DNA from: Phoronis australis
Lineage: Eukaryota > Animalia > Phoronida
Assembly: GCA_002633005.1 (NCBI GenBank)
Contig: NMRA01000630.1
Span: forward strand, 1 to 64,000
DNA: 64,000 nt
Reading direction: 5' to 3'
Numbering within the stretch: the stretch's first letter is position 1; each line of letters begins with the position of its first letter. Below the pieces are notes generated by a model. It made no database searches. It was not told where the DNA came from and worked only from the letters and a program-made list of their open reading frames with translations. This document shows positions 49,213-64,000 of this stretch, piece by piece. The translations under genes and the position numbers were made by a program.

Positions 49213-50915
49213 AGTCATAGTCTTCAGCACACTTCATTGAAAAGGTTCTAATTCTTGTGTGCATAGATTCTCATTCTGTATTTTTCCAGAACCTTATTCG
49301 ACAAACATGGTGAAATTTTGCTTTACACAATTCAAATCTGGAACCAATTATGTCTATGTATTCTTGGGCAATTACCATCAACAAAGCTCACGTTTTGCTT
49401 TACATGCACTAAAGTCTGGAACCAGATGACTGTGCCCGCTCGCTGCATGAAGTGTGTGCTTGTCTACCTATCTCTGGACTACTGCATTATGTGTGTACTA
49501 TCAACACTTATCCAGACTCTAGGACAGACGTAGTCCATGACAGTCACTTGTAATGTGTATAATCTAGGAGGCTCTATTCTGTAAAGACGGCAATTGATTT
49601 TAGATGTTGCTTTCCTGAATACACAGTATCTGAAGTTGTTTGAAATAAATCCTTGTGGTGATTTCAGGCCAGTAGCGCCACCTATTGTTGCACAATTATC
49701 TCCCTTTATCCACAGTTATATTATTCCATTAAATCTCTTTCTGGCCATGTCACAAACTGGATGTTATTGTTCAAGGTGGGCAGTCCTTCACCTTAAGTGC
49801 TGTTGGTCTTGCCCAGGGCATTAGTCACACGGGTGGATGTAACTTAATTGGTGGAGTTCAGTCTATCAAATTGTTTGACAGTTGATGAGAGTGAGGAAGC
49901 ATTGTGTTTCTTCAGAGGTTTAAGTGATCAAGTCTTAGTGAATATCTATGTAAAGGCCAAGACTGAGTTTGTTATGTTTTTAATTGCAAGGTGAAATTTT
50001 CACAAAAGAATCACATCAATGATGTGTGGTAGTTTATTTCTTATTGATCATTATTTTAAGACTGTTACGTTCTTCACCAATTTGAGTCATGGACAAATTT
50101 GACCTCAACATCTTGCTTTGCATTGTTCAAGAGTCTGTTCATCCTGTGAAACACTTCTCTTGTGTATCCTGTAGATTTGTATGAACGATCTTGTTGGTGA
50201 CGGCTGTATCTACTCCGAGATTCTTATAAAACGAGCGAGAGCAAACTTTCATTGTTTAGTGCTCTCCATTAGTTAAGGCCACCTGTTGAGACGTTTTATT
50301 ATTTAATAGGTTCATGTACAATTAAGTGTATGTTTTTGGCTATTTCGGAAATCATGACCATTATTAGTTGAAAGACGTTATGTTCATTTTTGTTCTATAG
50401 ATGGCGCTGAATGTATGTGTAACATAATGTATTGAGACATGCTTTTTAAGAGAGTAATTTGTTCCTTATATTGGTGTTAACAATGATATTTATATTAAAA
50501 TAATACGATTGTTTTCATTTATTCCTCAATTTCACAATCTCTTGACATTTGAAACATACTGCCCTAGTTTGGCTAAATGTACTTTCATTTGAACACCTAC
50601 TCTCTCATTTCCCACATTTATGCCATTGCTTATGAATTGATGAGACATTTGATTTCATACAAAACCATTTTTTGTTACGTTCACTTCAGCTCCCCAAAAA
50701 CACACTCTGCTTGTTACAAGGGCAATAAATCCATGCTTTTTATGGACCACTTAGCATTACGTTCATTTCAGCCTTTCAAATGCACTTTTTGCATGTTAAG
50801 AGGATAATAGTCATGTATTTTGTTGAAAATCAAGTCACTGCTGCAATATGCTAATCTTGTTCACTGATTAGACAAAATGATTTCTGGGATTGTGCTGAAC
50901 ACATCCGCATTAATA

Positions 50916-51075
50916 GCGCCATCACAAGGCAGCGCCATCACAAGGCAGCGCCATCACACGGCAGCGCCATCACACGGCAGCGCCATCACAAGGCAGCGCC
51001 ATCACAAGGCAGCGCCATCACAAGGCAGCGCCATCACAAGGCAGCGCCATCACAAGGCAGCGCCATCACAAGGCA
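50916..51075. repeat. 17-bp minisatellite, about 9.5 copies
   Basis: Unit GCAGCGCCATCACAAGG. Confidence 0.95.
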
Positions 51076-51251
51076 GGTTAGTTTCATTTGACAAGGAGGT
51101 GTGATGGTCTAGAGAATACCTGGCGACATATTGAACAAATTTCAGTTAAAAGATAGGAATGCAATAAAGTTGGCTTTGAAGAGAAGGTAAAGTTGTTAAG
51201 AACAGGTACAACTGTGAAGAGTTGATTTTTTTTGAAACCATGCTTCATTTC

Positions 51252-51370
51252 GGCTGCTTTAACACCACGGTTCATAGTGGCTTTAACACCACGGTTCATT
51301 GCGGCTTGAACACCACGGTTCATAGTGGCTTTAACACCACGGTTCATTGCGGCTTTATCACCATGGTTCA
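51252..51370. repeat. 24-bp minisatellite, about 5 copies
   Basis: Unit GGCTTTAACACCACGGTTCAT(AGT/TGC), variants alternating. Confidence 0.9.
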
Positions 51371-52328
51371 TATGCCATACATCCTTCAATCTGGCCAATT
51401 ATAATTCTTGCATGTGAAGTGCCTCATGTAAATGCAAATCCCTGGGAGTTCACTCAAAATTGACCTATCGCCAGGATTTTGAGTAACCAATCAGAACGCA
51501 GCATTCATGACACACCTTCGTTTCCAAGCTGCCATTTTACTTGACAACACGTTGCCTGGTTTGTCGACATTTTGCAAGAGGGCAGAGTTTGCGATAGATT
51601 AATTGGCAGCCTGGCAAATGCTCAACTTGCTTTTCTAAAAATATCGCTTTTAAATACCTTGCTCAGCTTCATCAACTCCAATTTTCAAACTTTTATTGTA
51701 CAAACTGCAGAGCATTAACCCAGACGCATGCCATAAAAACTCTTGGATGTGCAATTACAAAACTCATCTAATTTCAGTCCCGTACATGAATAATTTAAAC
51801 AAAATTAAAATTAACAACCCATATTTGCTAGCCTGCAGCAAACACTTGTACTAAAATACGTTCAAATCATAACATACCAGTGCAAAAAACTGAATGCCCA
51901 TAAACTATGTAGGTAACACAGGTATGCAGGTAAATCAAACGCAGATTGTAGTTGATCTATAGTACCTAGTGCTACTGGTCTATTCTGGTCTCTTAGTACA
52001 GGTAAAATCTTTCTGATTGACACGAATTGCTCTGCCATGCTCATGCGTTTCGTTTCTATGATATTGACGAAAGCATTGTTTGGTCAATTCCACACCAAGA
52101 GTTGGTGTTTTCAGACAGAGATAGAAAGTTGCATCACATCACTATAGGTGTCTTACACAGCCATCGAGGTTGCAACATTTGTAGTAATGCCAAACTGTGC
52201 AAGTTTTTAAACAGCACTCTACTGAACGCTTTACAACATAAGTGTGGTTTGGTTTAATTTAGAATTGTGCGAGGCGATGATTTTATGCAAAAATAACTTG
52301 AATAAATGTTCATAAAGCCTTTATCTCT

Positions 52329-63332
<11,004 letters not shown>

Positions 63333-63339
63333 CGATTTA

Positions 63340-63520
63340 ATATATTGTATACAATCGACAATTCGACAAGACTTCTTCGCCGCTCCAGTTAATCATTCAT
63401 GGCCATTCTTGCAGCTGGCGATTCCCTGTAACCTTTGACCGAGGCACCGGTGAACACAAATGCTCATGCGCGTTGCCGATTTCCTGTTTAAAAATGGCGG
63501 CCGTCAAAGAGAATGTTTAC
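63340..63520. promoter_or_regulatory. Putative bidirectional promoter/5' UTR region between GALT and the divergent gene
   Basis: CpG-richer segment with a YY1-like motif AAAATGGCGGCC, lying between two divergent ATG-bearing exons. Confidence 0.4.
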
Positions 63521-63606
63521 TTCAATGTGTCTTTGAATTTACCGCTCCAGTCAGAGCTAGGAACAGAGTATCGGTGTATTTAAACCTGCAGTTTCAAACA
63601 GCTAAA

Positions 63607-63651
63607 ATGTACCCATACAATAAAACTCGTAACAGGCCACCTGCATCCACG
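63607..63651 (+). CDS. Possible first coding exon of an unidentified gene divergent from GALT (MYPYNKTRNRPPAST)
   Basis: aaaATG context followed by a strong donor ACG|GTAAGC, downstream of a YY1-like AAAATGGCGGC at about 63491. No homology recognised. Confidence 0.35.
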
Positions 63652-64000
63652 GTAAGCTAAGTTTGCATGCCTAAGTGTATGGTCACGTCCAGTTTTCTCC
63701 TCAATCATTTAACGATTCAATCAATTTACGTTGTCATATGGAGGAATTCGCCGATGTTTTGCTAAGCACACTTGTGTTTTAGTCAGGCTTTTATATTTTA
63801 AGATTCCTCACTCTCCTTGGAGTGTGTGTATGAATTGCACCTTGATCATCTGTGCAGTGTGAAAGTTTATAATTTCAACATTACTAGGCAGGGTGACCTT
63901 TCTCGGCTTTCTGACATTCTCAAGTTCTGTTTACCGGGGACAGAAAAACACGTTTTGAGGCAATAGTCGAATTAGACCGTGTGTCTACCTGAGCTGCAAA

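Noticed and set aside
50877-51404. Repetitive ORFs and arrays between the UBE2R2 and GALT 3' ends
   Set aside because: Plain 17-bp and 24-bp minisatellites, with no spacers or cas genes in a eukaryotic context.

Overview
Eukaryotic (animal, probably invertebrate; AT-rich, GT-AG introns) genomic DNA, not prokaryotic. I reconstructed three intron-rich genes by hand. (1) The 5' part of ATR (PIKK checkpoint kinase; HEAT/UME region, about 1120 aa in about 32 exons) lies on the minus strand and runs off the left edge. (2) A complete CDC34/UBE2R2-type E2 ubiquitin-conjugating enzyme (5 exons, 236 aa, 17-kb first intron) lies on the plus strand, head-to-head with ATR. (3) A complete GALT (10 coding exons, 350 aa) lies on the minus strand, tail-to-tail with CDC34; its exon 2 is duplicated across a single N and is probably an assembly artefact. 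A possible first exon of a fourth, divergent gene sits at the right edge. Non-coding space holds a small complete non-autonomous LTR element (tRNA-Ser PBS, PPT, 4-bp TSD) nested in another repeat, a 1.7-kb Kolobok-like element with a decayed THAP ORF overlapped antisense by a KolX-like ORF, an orphan THAP12-like first exon, a Helentron-like element rich in CTCF-like motifs, small MITEs with 5-bp TSDs and many minisatellites. Three ATR splice donors are tandemly duplicated. I found no convincing new multi-gene system; the most unusual signals concern splicing architecture and mobile elements. All homology calls come from recalled protein and element features, not database searches.
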